NCBI GenBank assembly: GCA_048940925.1
Contig: JBHLOC010000026.1
Span: forward strand, 1 to 64,000
Direction: 5' to 3'
Length of the DNA stretch: 64,000 nucleotides
Source: Promethearchaeota archaeon
GTDB lineage: Archaea > Asgardarchaeota > Lokiarchaeia > Sigyniarchaeales > SOKP01
The notes under the pieces are model-generated. The model was given only the letters and a program-made list of their open reading frames with translations, was not told the DNA's origin and did no database searches. The stretch's first letter is position 1; every line of letters begins with the position of its first letter. The translations under genes were made by a program, and so were the position numbers. Positions 30,643 to 41,224 of the stretch are shown here, piece by piece.

Positions 30643-32601
30643 TTAATTGATAATTCTTATTACTCTTCTCTTTAAATAGACAATTACTCCAATAATAATA
30701 ATGAGCGTTAAAAATAAGCAGATAGGATATCCTGCAATTTTTTTAGCATCTCCATCTTTTTTTATATCAGTAGAAGAGATTCCAAGTTGATCATCCTCAG
30801 AGAATTGCACAATAACATCATCAGTATAAAGTAATTCAATTTTTGTAGGAGTCTTTGAAAGACTATATTTTAGGGTAGTTGTACCATTTATCCAAACTTG
30901 TTCTTTAAATAATTCATTTTGACGATGATATATAATTAAGGGAATTTTTTGAGAATAATAATAATCATTCGCGTTTTCGTTTAAATCAGTAATCGTAATA
31001 TTAATTTCTCGCATGTTTGAGTCAAAGTTGATCTCCTCGAAACTATATTTTGGTAAATATTCATTATTAAACCAAGGTAAAAAGTACCAATCCAGAGAAT
31101 ATCCTACAATAGATTCAAAGCATCTCTGTAAATCACTCAAAGTAGCAATTTCAAAATAGAATTCTTTCACAAAATTATTTAATCCTATAAGAAAAGTATC
31201 CATGCCTATAAATCGTCTCAAATAATCGAATATTACTGGTGTCTTCTGATATGTTACATATACATAATTACCAGAACCTGCTACAAAATCCCCAATTGAT
31301 TGGTTGATTTTATTTGGTAAACCATTATTTAAATAATACTCCCTAACCGTTTCTAAATAATAGTGTGGGTTTAAAAGTTGCCACTCTGGGTGTTTCAAAT
31401 CTCTATAATAATCGGTAATCCATATAGTTAACCCTTCGTCTAAGAAAGCCCAATCTACCTCATCATTTCCGACGAGCTGATAAAACCATTGATGACCTAT
31501 TTCATGTACAATTACCATTTCAAGGTAGAAATCTGGTGCATAATTTGGCCAATATTTTATATTGTTGGCGATATAAACTTGGCAAGGATATTCCATTCCC
31601 CCAGCCCAACTGTATTCTTCAACAATATTAAGTGTATTATAAGGATAAATACCAAATGTGTTATTAAAAAGTTCTACTGTATCTTTCGCTAAATTCAAAG
31701 CTTCTAAACTCCACAACCAATCATCTTCTGGAAGAAAAAATGTCGAAATATTAACATTTTTAAACATTTCTGATTCTACTTCAAAATATTTAGATGCGGA
31801 AAATGTGACTTCACGAACTGGATAATGTGGATCATAATGAAGTATCTTTCTTGCTCCTATATATGAAACGCTTAAAAGTTCACCAGTAGCAGCAACAATC
31901 ATGTCATTAGGGACTTCAATATAAAAATCATAATAAGCCATATCAAAATAAAAAGGATCTCCATCGTGGTAATAAGGATCGACATTCCATCCATCATATT
32001 TGTCATAGACACAGGGCATTGGATAACTATTAGCAAATTTATAAATTCGGTTATTATCCGTATCTGTACCATTTACATTAGAACGATCATAACCTCCATC
32101 GGGAAGGATAATATTAAATTCTATACTAAATTGTGCTCTTTCTCCTGGGATCAATGCACTTGACAGAGTTACCCACATTAGATGTTCCTCAGGAAGGACT
32201 TCATATTCTAGTTCTGTTTTGGGATTAGTTAAATTAGTAATATTGAAGATTTCAATATTTCCCGGTCGATTATCATATCTCATCCCAAAAACATAAAGAT
32301 GAAATGGTAATCTATCAAAGGTTGCTGGATCATTGTTGTAATAATCCACTGTTAGACTTCCTAAAATACTGTCAGTTGTTTCATTTAAAATCACTGATAA
32401 AGTGTAATTTGAACATTTAAAATTGGTGAAATTCCCTTTCGAATATTGATCATAGTCGGAAAATTTGAGAGTTTGTGAGGTTATCATATGCTTATTCACA
32501 TTTTTAATGCATGTAGGCTCATTATGAAATTGAACAAACATAGGTATTATAAAAAGACCTAATAAAGCAATAAAAATTGCTACAGGATTTTTATTTGCCA
32601 T
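30643..32601 (-). CDS. Membrane-anchored M1-family zinc aminopeptidase
   Basis: GGMEYP, HEIGHQWF...DEG; N-terminal signal/TM and C-terminal TM. Confidence 0.9.
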   Translation of the reverse strand: MANKNPVAIFIALLGLFIIPMFVQFHNEPTCIKNVNKHMITSQTLKFSDYDQYSKGNFTNFKCSNYTLSVILNETTDSILGSLTVDYYNNDPATFDRLPFHLYVFGMRYDNRPGNIEIFNITNLTNPKTELEYEVLPEEHLMWVTLSSALIPGERAQFSIEFNIILPDGGYDRSNVNGTDTDNNRIYKFANSYPMPCVYDKYDGWNVDPYYHDGDPFYFDMAYYDFYIEVPNDMIVAATGELLSVSYIGARKILHYDPHYPVREVTFSASKYFEVESEMFKNVNISTFFLPEDDWLWSLEALNLAKDTVELFNNTFGIYPYNTLNIVEEYSWAGGMEYPCQVYIANNIKYWPNYAPDFYLEMVIVHEIGHQWFYQLVGNDEVDWAFLDEGLTIWITDYYRDLKHPEWQLLNPHYYLETVREYYLNNGLPNKINQSIGDFVAGSGNYVYVTYQKTPVIFDYLRRFIGMDTFLIGLNNFVKEFYFEIATLSDLQRCFESIVGYSLDWYFLPWFNNEYLPKYSFEEINFDSNMREINITITDLNENANDYYYSQKIPLIIYHRQNELFKEQVWINGTTTLKYSLSKTPTKIELLYTDDVIVQFSEDDQLGISSTDIKKDGDAKKIAGYPICLFLTLIIIIGVIVYLKRRVIRIIN

Positions 32602-32836
32602 AATAAAAAAAAAAGATATTTTGACAATATTTATAGTTTGGCACTTGTCTAAGAACTATTATAGATTAGATGATACTTTTTTCTAAGTAAACCAAATAAT
32701 ATTCCTTAAAATCAAATGTATTCGTCTCAATATTGTTGAGACAATAATCTTCAAAATACAAACGTTTAAATAATGAAATATAATTATATATAATTATAAT
32801 CAATTACAAATAATTAAAACATATCATTGATTTTAA

Positions 32837-32992
32837 ATGCCACATAATTGGGAAATTGGTAAAGAAGCAAAAGAATTAGATCAAAAATCTATATCAGAAA
32901 GAATTAAGATTGGAAAGCATTCTATCAAAAAGATCATTGGGGCATTATTAATTTATGGTTTTACCATGACTTTATTCTATTTTTTTCTATAA
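32837..32992 (+). CDS. Small (51 aa) single-TM protein directly upstream of TauE
   Basis: MPHNWEIGKEAKELDQKSISERIKIGKHSIKKIIGALLIYGFTMTLFYFFL*; ends 12 nt before the next ATG. Confidence 0.55.
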   Translation: MPHNWEIGKEAKELDQKSISERIKIGKHSIKKIIGALLIYGFTMTLFYFFL

Positions 32993-33004
32993 GGTCTGAA
33001 AAAT

Positions 33005-33793
33005 ATGGAATTGATCTTATCTATAATTATTTTAGCCTTTTTATTTGAATCTATGGATTCTATGGCAGGTATGGGGTTCGGTACTGCGTTATCCCCCTTA
33101 TTATTTTTATTTGGATATAGTCCACTTCAAGTAGTTCCAACTATCTTAATTTCAGAGGCAATCACAGGGATAATCGATACTTTCTTTGATCATGAATTTA
33201 AGAATGTTCATTATTCTTTCCATCCTTTAAATGATGCCACTAAGATCACCTTAATAATGTCATTTTTTGGTGCTTTAGCTATATTCAACTCGGTTATAAT
33301 GGTTTATATGGCAATAAGACTACCTGATTTCTTAATTAAAATCTATGTTGCTGTCCTCGTCATTTTTATGGGAATTTCAGGATTAATCAGAATAAAATTA
33401 ACTAAAATTAAGCAATCTAAGAGACATCTCAAATTGTTAATAGGATTTTCGGCTTTGGCAGGTTTTAATAAGGGTATTGGGGGTGGTGGTTATGGTCCAG
33501 TAATAACTATGGGTCAAATATTTTCAGGTGTTTATGAAAAAAGTGCTACTGCTATAGTTTCATTTGCAGAATCACTAGTTTCTATTGTGGGTATTTTAAC
33601 TTTCTTCCTTATCAGTTTTGCTGGTGTTAAAGTTGATTTGGTTCTTTTGCCCTCCCTATTTACAGGTGGATTTATTGCTGCTATTTTTGCCCCATATTTA
33701 GTAAGGGTATTCCCTAATAAAATCTGGAAATATTTTATACCTATTTATGCGTTTGGAATAGGTTTGTTTTCTTTATTAAATATATTACTATAA
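33005..33793 (+). CDS. TauE/SafE sulfite exporter family protein
   Basis: D.MAGMGFGT.LSP.L, AGFNKGIGGGGYGP, multiple TM. Confidence 0.9.
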   Translation: MELILSIIILAFLFESMDSMAGMGFGTALSPLLFLFGYSPLQVVPTILISEAITGIIDTFFDHEFKNVHYSFHPLNDATKITLIMSFFGALAIFNSVIMVYMAIRLPDFLIKIYVAVLVIFMGISGLIRIKLTKIKQSKRHLKLLIGFSALAGFNKGIGGGGYGPVITMGQIFSGVYEKSATAIVSFAESLVSIVGILTFFLISFAGVKVDLVLLPSLFTGGFIAAIFAPYLVRVFPNKIWKYFIPIYAFGIGLFSLLNILL

Positions 33794-34140
33794 TAATAAT
33801 CTTTGAATTTCAAATAATGGTAAAAAATGGTTTTAAATTAACTTAATGATCCTTTTTAGAACTCAATCTATTCAATCGTGATTTTAATATTTTTCTCGAT
33901 ATTATGACCTATATTTTTTTCAATAATTTTATTTTGTAAGCCTTCTAAAAATTTATCTATCTTTTTCTTGTATCGCCACTGAATAGCAGCTATTTTGAAA
34001 TCCTCTTTTAAACTTAAATTTTCAATATAAAACCTATTTTCTTTTCCTAATTTCATTTTATATTCCTATCACTTCTTTATCTAAATACTTTCATCTTAAA
34101 TATTCTTTTAAAACTCTACAAATTCTTTATGTCTAATAAC

Positions 34141-34590
34141 TTATCTTATGATTAAAACATCGCAAGGGGTATTTTTTAATATTTTTAACGATCGAGTCCC
34201 AAGAAATGATTTTTTCAATTTAGAATGATGCCCATTACACCCTAAGATAACAAGATCAAATTCTTCTTCTTCTACTGTCTTTTTAATATAATCCTCAGGG
34301 GTATAATCTTCAATTAGTCGAGATTCTACGGAGATATGTGATCTGTCAAAGATTTTCTTAGTTTCTTTTAATATTTCTTTCCCTAATTCTTTACGAGAAT
34401 CCTCGGTAATTGTATAATTATTGGATAGAAGATTGTTTTCAGGATAAAATATTGAGGGATATTTATTATGTTTCAATGAATGGAACATCACTATCTTGGA
34501 ATCCCAATCTTTTTGAAAATCAACAATTTGCTTAGCTGCATTGTCTGAATAGGCTGAACCGTCAGTAGCAAATAAGATTTTCTTATATAT
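34141..34590 (-). CDS. Universal stress protein (probable ATA start at 34590)
   Basis: Frame extends upstream of the track ORF to (I)YKKILFATDGS, preceded by GAGGTGG; C-term DLVILG..GH...LG.....L...PCDVLIIR. Confidence 0.85.
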   Translation of the reverse strand: MYKKILFATDGSAYSDNAAKQIVDFQKDWDSKIVMFHSLKHNKYPSIFYPENNLLSNNYTITEDSRKELGKEILKETKKIFDRSHISVESRLIEDYTPEDYIKKTVEEEEFDLVILGCNGHHSKLKKSFLGTRSLKILKNTPCDVLIIR

Positions 34591-34600
34591 TTAAACCACC

Positions 34601-35185
34601 TCATACTTTTTGTTTAAATAAAAAATTTAATTCATTTTTTTCATAAGGGTATTTTAATGAATTAAAATAGTTTTCACAAATTTTTATTAAGTTATTTCTT
34701 ATGTTTTCTTTAACAATATCTGCCCTTTTGATGATTTCTTTTATCTTGGGAGATATAATCAAATTTTCTTTTAAAATTTCTGACTCTATAATTTGATTTA
34801 AGGAAGGACTAAAATTTTTTTTAACCGTTTTCATTAAAATATTGAGTAAATCAGATCCATAAATGTCAAATTCTCTTGGCAAGACAATAATAATAACTAT
34901 TTTATCAAAATTCTCTTCCTTGATTCTTGGCTTTCTTTTTTTTCGTTCTAAAAAAATTTTAAATTTTTTTGCGAAATAAACTTTTTCATTATAAACTAAA
35001 TTAACTTGCTCAAAACCTCTTAGATTTTCTGAATTAAGAAACCAGATTGGATGAAATTTTATTGGACGTATTTGATTTTCATTCTTTTCAATAAATTCGT
35101 TTGAAAAAATTAAAATTGGAATTAATCCTTTAATTTCATTAAAGTGTAATATATAAATCTGGCAAAATTCTGAGAGTAAAGCCAA
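34601..35185 (-). CDS. Hypothetical protein, possible longin/uDENN-like N-terminal fold
   Basis: IYILHFNEIKG..P pattern followed by beta-strands (YFAKKF, IVIIIVLP). Confidence 0.5.
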   Translation of the reverse strand: MALLSEFCQIYILHFNEIKGLIPILIFSNEFIEKNENQIRPIKFHPIWFLNSENLRGFEQVNLVYNEKVYFAKKFKIFLERKKRKPRIKEENFDKIVIIIVLPREFDIYGSDLLNILMKTVKKNFSPSLNQIIESEILKENLIISPKIKEIIKRADIVKENIRNNLIKICENYFNSLKYPYEKNELNFLFKQKV

Positions 35186-35595
35186 ATTACAACCTTCACT
35201 TATTTATTTTTTTATAAGATTTTTATTAATTTTGATAATATATTTTAATAAAATGTATTTATTTTGTTTGTATTCACAAATATTATATACAACTTTGAAT
35301 ATATAAGATTTATGAAACCAGTCGCTTTATTATTGATAAACGATAAATCATGCAAAAATAATCATCTAATCACACAATATAACCAAAAAAATTATAGAAA
35401 TTGTAAGAAATAATCTAATATGATCATAGAAATATTGCATTTTTCCTATTTTTCTTTTTTAAATTAGATTTAATATAATATGCTGGATAAAAAAAAGCTA
35501 TAATTTATTATATCAAACAATTTACGAGTAACTAGATTAATAAACGGAAAATATCTATTCTTATCTCCAATTTTATACAATATCTTATGAAAAGG

Positions 35596-35925
35596 TCATA
35601 TTTGCTTAATTACTTCTTTCAAAATAAATTCATTGAAGGCTCCAATCATTACACCTTTATTCACAAAAATCTCCCCATTTAATTCAATGTTTTTATGTAA
35701 AAGTTTACCATTTTTAAAGAAAATTAATGCAGGTATTGCCTTTATATTTAAAACTTTAGTTAATTTACTATTGTCACCTATATCTATTTCTCTTAAGTTT
35801 ATAATACCTTTATCCCTAAACTTTTCTAATATTGTAGAAAGTAATGTACAGGATTTACACCACTTAGAACATAACACAATTAAATATAAACCTTCATTAG
35901 GAATATAGATTCCATACTTTTTCAA
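35596..35925 (-). CDS. Thioredoxin-family protein
   Basis: WCKSC, IKAIPALIFFKNGK. Confidence 0.85.
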   Translation of the reverse strand: MKKYGIYIPNEGLYLIVLCSKWCKSCTLLSTILEKFRDKGIINLREIDIGDNSKLTKVLNIKAIPALIFFKNGKLLHKNIELNGEIFVNKGVMIGAFNEFILKEVIKQI

Positions 35926-36136
35926 AAATTTTTCTTTAATATAATAACCTCTATTTCTTATTATTGAGTAATTTTGATATTGAGATTGATTTTAGGACTA
36001 ATATCTTACAATATGAAACTAAACTACTCTTATTCTATGATTTGAAAAATTACATTTAGATAAAGTTTTAATTTTTCATTGATTCCCCTTTAATACATTT
36101 AGATTTCAATTTTTTTCAATTGTCTAATGATTAAGC

Positions 36137-36328
36137 TCAATGCTTTAACTTCGCGAAGCAGTCTTCACAAAAAAAAATCCTTCGCATTTTTGTTGCATCC
36201 CACACCATATGACCTGACTTATGTTTCGTCTCACAACCCCAACACACTTTATTCACTTTGGTATCGACAAAGTATTCATTATTCGCATGATATGTGTCAT
36301 CTTTTATTATTTCTTTATAACTCCTCAA
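36137..36328 (-). CDS. Small zinc-ribbon-like protein
   Basis: CWGC...FCEDC; palindromic operator about 30 nt upstream. Confidence 0.6.
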   Translation of the reverse strand: MRSYKEIIKDDTYHANNEYFVDTKVNKVCWGCETKHKSGHMVWDATKMRRIFFCEDCFAKLKH

Positions 36329-36356
36329 TTTTCAATACGTCACTGTTATATTAATT

Positions 36357-36372
36357 TTGAATTATTATTCAT
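36357..36372. promoter_or_regulatory. Operator type 1, degenerate (TTGAATTATTATTCAT)
   Basis: Near-match to the palindrome repeated at 36765, 47751, 50843, 54075. Confidence 0.55.
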
Positions 36373-36764
36373 AATACATATTAAAATATAGCCATTTTTA
36401 TTTAAGCTTTTTGAATAAATTTCAGTTTTGGATTTTTATACTACAATAAATTTAATTTATTTTTGTGCTTAAAAGTAATTAATTTTGAATAAATTATTAT
36501 ATCGAATATTGTATGAAAAATTTAAAAATTATAATATTTATTCAACATGAAAAAGATTTTATGTTGAAAATACAATTAATCACAATACTACATAAAATGT
36601 AGTGATATATGATCAATCATGGAATTTGACTAGCAGTTTTTTTAAACATCACCTATATGAATAATTAATTTGAAAATATTGTCAAATTTTTGTTTTAAAT
36701 TGTTTTGAAACCATTAATACTCGGAATCTAAATCTTCTCTTATATAATCACTTAACAATAGGTT

Positions 36765-36780
36765 ATGAATGATTATTCAT
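36765..36780. promoter_or_regulatory. Operator type 1 (ATGAATGATTATTCAT), 5 nt upstream of TATA-like TTAAATAT
   Basis: Near-perfect palindrome upstream of the NifB/NifX-OsmC-ferredoxin genes. Confidence 0.75.
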
Positions 36781-36837
36781 AAGAGTTAAATATAATTAAT
36801 AATTTTAAACCATAATATAAAATTTTAATAAAAAAGA

Positions 36838-37233
36838 ATGAGTGTAGGACATATGAATCGAATAATTGGAATTCCATCTGATGGACCTGAAATATCTGAC
36901 AATATATCACCTCATTTCGGACATTGTAACTATTTCATTGGAATCGAAATATCAGATGGCAATCAGTTTAAAAAAGCTTTTAGCCTACCTAACAATGGCC
37001 ATTCTGGGTGCATGGAACCTGTTATTAACATGAAACAAAGAAATGTGACTGATATGATATTAACGGGTATTGGAATGCGTCCATTCATGGGTTTTCAACA
37101 AGTTAATATAAATTTATATCAAGGAGTTAATGGAAGTATTGAACAAAATATTAAAATGCTATTAGAAGGAAAGCTTAGATCACTAAACGACGCTAGCTGT
37201 GGAAATAACTCGGATCATGCCCATACTCATTAA
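36838..37233 (+). CDS. NifB/NifX (dinitrogenase FeMo-cofactor-binding-like) family protein
   Basis: ISPHFGHC..F, N.GH.GC, GIG.RP, C-terminal C..HAHTH. Confidence 0.88.
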   Translation: MSVGHMNRIIGIPSDGPEISDNISPHFGHCNYFIGIEISDGNQFKKAFSLPNNGHSGCMEPVINMKQRNVTDMILTGIGMRPFMGFQQVNINLYQGVNGSIEQNIKMLLEGKLRSLNDASCGNNSDHAHTH

Positions 37234-37275
37234 ATTATAATATAAATTAATTTTGATAGAGAAAGATGAATAAGG

Positions 37276-37785
37276 ATGCCAAGTTTTAAAGAAACCTATG
37301 ATGCCATAAAGGCAGATTGGAACGCTGGTGAAAAGAATTTTAATATTGAATGTGAAATGTTACAAGAGGGCATGCAAGTTAAATGTATAATGGGTAATCC
37401 TGGGGGAGACCCTTTTGAATTACTTATTGATGCCCCTGGAGGATTAGATGGTTCTAATCAGGGACCATCACCATTATTAGTTATTTTGTCCTCTATTGGT
37501 GCTTGTATTATTGCTGTCACTAAATTCTGGGCTAAAATAATGGATATAAACATCGAAGAATTGAAAGTTTTTTCACGCGGCCATATAAATTTAGGTGCAA
37601 TCTTTGGAATCGATGATTCAAAAATAGCAGGCTATGATAAACTTGAACCTGTTATTAGGATCAAAGCAGATGCTTCAGAAGAAAAGATTAACGAATTAAT
37701 GGAAAAGGTATTTACTCATTGCCCTGTTATTACCAATTTTGGTGGAGCTTCTAAAATTCAGCCAAAAGTCCAAATTAGAAAATAA
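37276..37785 (+). CDS. OsmC/Ohr-family protein
   Basis: D.P..L.G.NQGPSP...L..IGAC and HCPV. Confidence 0.85.
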   Translation: MPSFKETYDAIKADWNAGEKNFNIECEMLQEGMQVKCIMGNPGGDPFELLIDAPGGLDGSNQGPSPLLVILSSIGACIIAVTKFWAKIMDINIEELKVFSRGHINLGAIFGIDDSKIAGYDKLEPVIRIKADASEEKINELMEKVFTHCPVITNFGGASKIQPKVQIRK

Positions 37786-37864
37786 ACAATATTCCCTTTT
37801 TTTTTTGTATTATTTAAAAGTGCAAACTAATTCTTTAAATTAATATTTCTTCTAAGAATTTATC

Positions 37865-38287
37865 ATGGAAAATGAAAAATTATTTCCAATATACATAAAT
37901 CCAAATTTATGCGTACGATGTCAACGATGTATGTATAGTTGTTCGAATAAAGCTATTTTTTTTAAAAATTCACTTCGATATGTGAATTACAATAAATGTC
38001 AAGGATGTTTAAAATGTGTGGATGTTTGTGAGCATGGTGCTATTGAAGTTATATCCGTTAAGGCAGGGAAATTGGTGGGGTTTCATATTGACCATGAAAA
38101 ATGCAGGTTATGTAAACTCTGTATAAATGAGGATTTTTGTTTTCAAAATTTATTTTTGCTTAAAAAAAACAAAGAAACAGGAGAAGAAAGGATAAAATTT
38201 CAAGATGGAGATTTCCAAAAATGTTCACAGTGTTTAAAATGTTTTAAAGAGTGCCCCTACAATGCTATTCTACCAGAATTTATTTAA
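37865..38287 (+). CDS. Polyferredoxin (four CxxCxxC motifs)
   Basis: CVRCQRC, CQGCLKC, CRLCKLC, CSQCLKC...CP. Confidence 0.9.
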   Translation: MENEKLFPIYINPNLCVRCQRCMYSCSNKAIFFKNSLRYVNYNKCQGCLKCVDVCEHGAIEVISVKAGKLVGFHIDHEKCRLCKLCINEDFCFQNLFLLKKNKETGEERIKFQDGDFQKCSQCLKCFKECPYNAILPEFI

Positions 38288-38462
38288 TATCACAAAAATA
38301 AACATCTTTAGTTTCTTACATGAAGATTGTTAATATATTTAAAAAAAATGATATTAAGATTAAATTCAAGAAAAAAATAAAAAAAGTATTTATTAGACTG
38401 AATTTATGATATGTAATTGATATAAAATTAATTGAGCAAATAATAGAAAAAAGGTGAGTGTA

Positions 38463-38660
38463 TTGAGCCAAAGAGGCCAGAGAGGTGGTGGTAGAAGAGG
38501 ACAGAGTGGCGGGAGAGGTAGAATGGGTGGCTCTAAAGCTGCTGGTCCAGATGGTCAATGTATATGTCCTAATTGTAATACAATTATTTCTCATCAAGCA
38601 GGTATTCCTTGTTATAATCAAACATGCCCGAAATGTGGAGCTAAAATGACTAGAAAATAA
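38463..38660 (+). CDS. Small Gly/Arg-rich, Cys-rich metal-binding protein
   Basis: GGTGA RBS then TTG; GQRGGGRRG...GPDGQCICPNC...H..G.PC....CPKCG..M.R. Confidence 0.8.
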   Translation: MSQRGQRGGGRRGQSGGRGRMGGSKAAGPDGQCICPNCNTIISHQAGIPCYNQTCPKCGAKMTRK

Positions 38661-38870
38661 ATAAAAATATGAAACCTTCTATACCTCAAAAATATTTCAC
38701 CAATCAAATAAGAATATTTTGATTCTTCTATATTTAATTCTATAAATTTTGCTCATTTTTCTTTTGCGATAAAAGGGATATTAGATATAGGTTTTTATTG
38801 TTGTGGTACTGCATAAACCTTTTTTAAAAAAAGGAAAGTAAAATTATTATTCTCTATATTCCATTTATTA

Positions 38871-39059
38871 TTTAAATTAACTGAGGAATATAATTAAAAT
38901 TGAAGAGCAAAGACAGAATATGTAAATGGTATCCTGTTTGCCCAATTAAATATTTTGTTGATCATGGGAAACTTGACCGAAAATGGGTTGAAATTTATTG
39001 TTTAATTGGAAATAAAGAGTGTATCAGATATAAATTAGAAGAAAGTGGAAAATATCATC
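38871..39059 (+). repeat. Left copy of ~190-bp imperfect direct repeat
   Basis: Aligns without indels to 46996..47184 (offset 8125). Confidence 0.9.
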
Positions 39060-39109
39060 CTGATAATATGTTACCTAATGGTGAAATTAAGAATGATCTT
39101 TATTACTAG
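38900..39109 (+). CDS. Small Cys-rich protein (intact copy of duplicated gene)
   Basis: GAGGA RBS; CKWYPVCP.K...YC......C.RY..E..G.YHPDNMLP.G. Confidence 0.8.
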   Translation: MKSKDRICKWYPVCPIKYFVDHGKLDRKWVEIYCLIGNKECIRYKLEESGKYHPDNMLPNGEIKNDLYY

Positions 39110-39182
39110 TTTATCTATTAATATGATTCTGATCATTTAATATAAATAGAATATAATCTTGAAAAGAAAACTCAAGATTAAA

Positions 39183-39545
39183 TTCAGCACGATTTATGTC
39201 TGCCTACATAAATCTTTTTGCAATTTCAATAGCTCTTATTTTAGTCTTTACACTAACAAATGAATAATGCTCACGCAAAATAATCATATGGAAGAATTAT
39301 GGATTTAATCCAGCTCCAACTATAAGAACTCTGTATGTTAATTCATGGATTTTTTTTGTGTATACTGTAAGCATAAATCGATTTAAGTTTTGCTCTGCGA
39401 TGTCATCTTTAATAATCTTTTGCCTGGGATCGCTGCATGTAAAATCATTACATTTTGCTATCATCAAATTCGATAACGTTTCTGCAAAATCTCTAATAAC
39501 ATTGCAATCAACAATCCTCAGACAGTATTTTATGTATATTGTAAT
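39183..39545 (-). pseudogene. Decayed N-terminal fragment of HdrA
   Basis: ...FTCSDPRQKIIKDDIAEQNLNRF...KIHELTYR...AGLNP*FFHMIILREHYSFV...M*ADINRA; in-frame stops and lost Cys. Confidence 0.75.
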
Positions 39546-39681
39546 TTCGAGTAAAATATATTCGCAATCTTCAAACACATTCACTTCTGAGAAATTTAAT
39601 TTTATATCTTGAGTATTATAAATTAAAATAAGAATGATTAAAATGTCTAATTGAATAAGCTTCACTAAAATCTCATCTCAT

Positions 39682-39694
39682 CGAACCTACTTCG
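39682..39694. promoter_or_regulatory. Operator type 2 (CGAA-N5-TTCG)
   Basis: CGAACCTACTTCG upstream of gdhA; recurs in the island. Confidence 0.55.
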
Positions 39695-39802
39695 CTTTTA
39701 TATGTTAATAGTGAAAATTTATTCGACATATTTATAAATATTAAGTTACATATATAAAATGAAGAGATAGTATATATTGGAAAATTACAAATAAAATTAA
39801 AT

Positions 39803-39815
39803 CGAATTTTATTCG
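39803..39815. promoter_or_regulatory. Operator type 2 (CGAA-N5-TTCG) abutting the gdhA start
   Basis: CGAATTTTATTCG, 2 nt before ATG. Confidence 0.6.
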
Positions 39816-39817
39816 AA

Positions 39818-41173
39818 ATGTTAGATAATAATAAAAAAGAACAAATAAAATTATCTTATCCAGATAATTTAGCTGCTACTGATGAAATTGAAGTCTATGA
39901 AAGATTAAAGAAAGAGGATTTTCCAAAAGTAAATCCTTTTGAAATGGCAAAAAAACAAATCGATATTGTTGCAGAAAAGATGGGATTAAATGAAAATATT
40001 AGGAAATATCTCAAAAGAGTAGAGCGCTCTTTAATTGTATCTGTCCCAATAAAGATGGATGATGGAAGTATTGAAATCTTCGAAGGATATAGAGTGCAAC
40101 ACTCGACTGTTCGAGGACCTGGTAAAGGAGGGATCAGATTTGCTCCAACTGTTAATCTTGATGAAGTTAAAGCATTAGCGACTTGGATGACGTGGAAGTG
40201 TAGCTTATTAAATCTTCCTTTAGGAGGCGCTAAAGGGGGCGTATGTGTAGAGCCTAAAAAATTATCTAAAAACGAATTAGAAAGGTTAACGCGGAGATAT
40301 ACAGCAGAAATTATAAACTTTATAGGGCCTGATATGGATATACCTGCTCCAGATATTAATACAAATGCACAAATAATGGCTTGGATTATGGATACATATT
40401 CTATGAATAAAGGGAGAGCCATTCCTGGAGTAGTAACAGGGAAACCAATAGAAATAGGAGGTTCAATTGGGAGAGAAACAGCAACAGGAATGGGTTTATT
40501 TTATATACTTGAAGCATTGTGTAATAAAATGAATAAAGATCTAAAAAGTCAAACAATTGTTGTGCAGGGCTTTGGCAATGTCGGAGGAAATATTGCAAAA
40601 ATTTTATACGATAATGGATGTAATATTATTGCTGTATCAGATATTTCTGGAGGATTATATGCAAAAAAGGGATTAAATATTAATGAATTATTAGAATGGA
40701 GCAATAAAAATAAATTCTTGAAGGATTTTAAAAATGGACTCTATAAATTTATCAGTAATGAAAATATCCTCACACTAAAATGTGATGTTTTAATTCCTGC
40801 AGCAGTAGAGAATCAAATAAATCAATTAAACGCTTATGATGTAAATTGTAAAATTATATTAGAGGGTGCTAATGGACCAACTACTCCAGAAGCAGATGAT
40901 ATCTTAAATAAAAAAGGGATAGTAATAGTGCCTGATATCCTTGCCAATGCAGGAGGTGTATGTGTCTCTTATTTTGAGTATATCCAAGATATACATAGCT
41001 ATTTTTGGAGTTTAGAAAGAATTAATCACGAATTAAAGCATATTCTTACTAATGCATTTAAAGAAGTTTATAGAATTTCAAAAGAAAAGAACGTGAGTCT
41101 AAGAATAGCATCATATATTATTGCCATTTCAAGATTAGCTAAAGCAATTGATTTGAGAGGATTTTTTCCTTGA
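39818..41173 (+). CDS. gdhA: Glutamate dehydrogenase (Glu/Leu/Phe/Val DH)
   Basis: GPGKGGIRF, MTWKC, GGAKGG, DIPAPD, VQGFGNVG, EGANGP, ANAGGV..SYFE. Confidence 0.95.
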   Translation: MLDNNKKEQIKLSYPDNLAATDEIEVYERLKKEDFPKVNPFEMAKKQIDIVAEKMGLNENIRKYLKRVERSLIVSVPIKMDDGSIEIFEGYRVQHSTVRGPGKGGIRFAPTVNLDEVKALATWMTWKCSLLNLPLGGAKGGVCVEPKKLSKNELERLTRRYTAEIINFIGPDMDIPAPDINTNAQIMAWIMDTYSMNKGRAIPGVVTGKPIEIGGSIGRETATGMGLFYILEALCNKMNKDLKSQTIVVQGFGNVGGNIAKILYDNGCNIIAVSDISGGLYAKKGLNINELLEWSNKNKFLKDFKNGLYKFISNENILTLKCDVLIPAAVENQINQLNAYDVNCKIILEGANGPTTPEADDILNKKGIVIVPDILANAGGVCVSYFEYIQDIHSYFWSLERINHELKHILTNAFKEVYRISKEKNVSLRIASYIIAISRLAKAIDLRGFFP

Positions 41174-41224
41174 ATTAACTATTCTGATAACAAATAAAAT
41201 ATTAAAGAGCTTTTTTACTAGAAT

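Noticed and set aside
33868-34056. 62-aa ORF downstream of USP
   Set aside because: No recognisable motif; could be real but unsupported
39297-39665. 122-aa track ORF as a real gene
   Set aside because: Only its 3' part is HdrA-like, with lost Cys residues and stops; treated as a pseudogene
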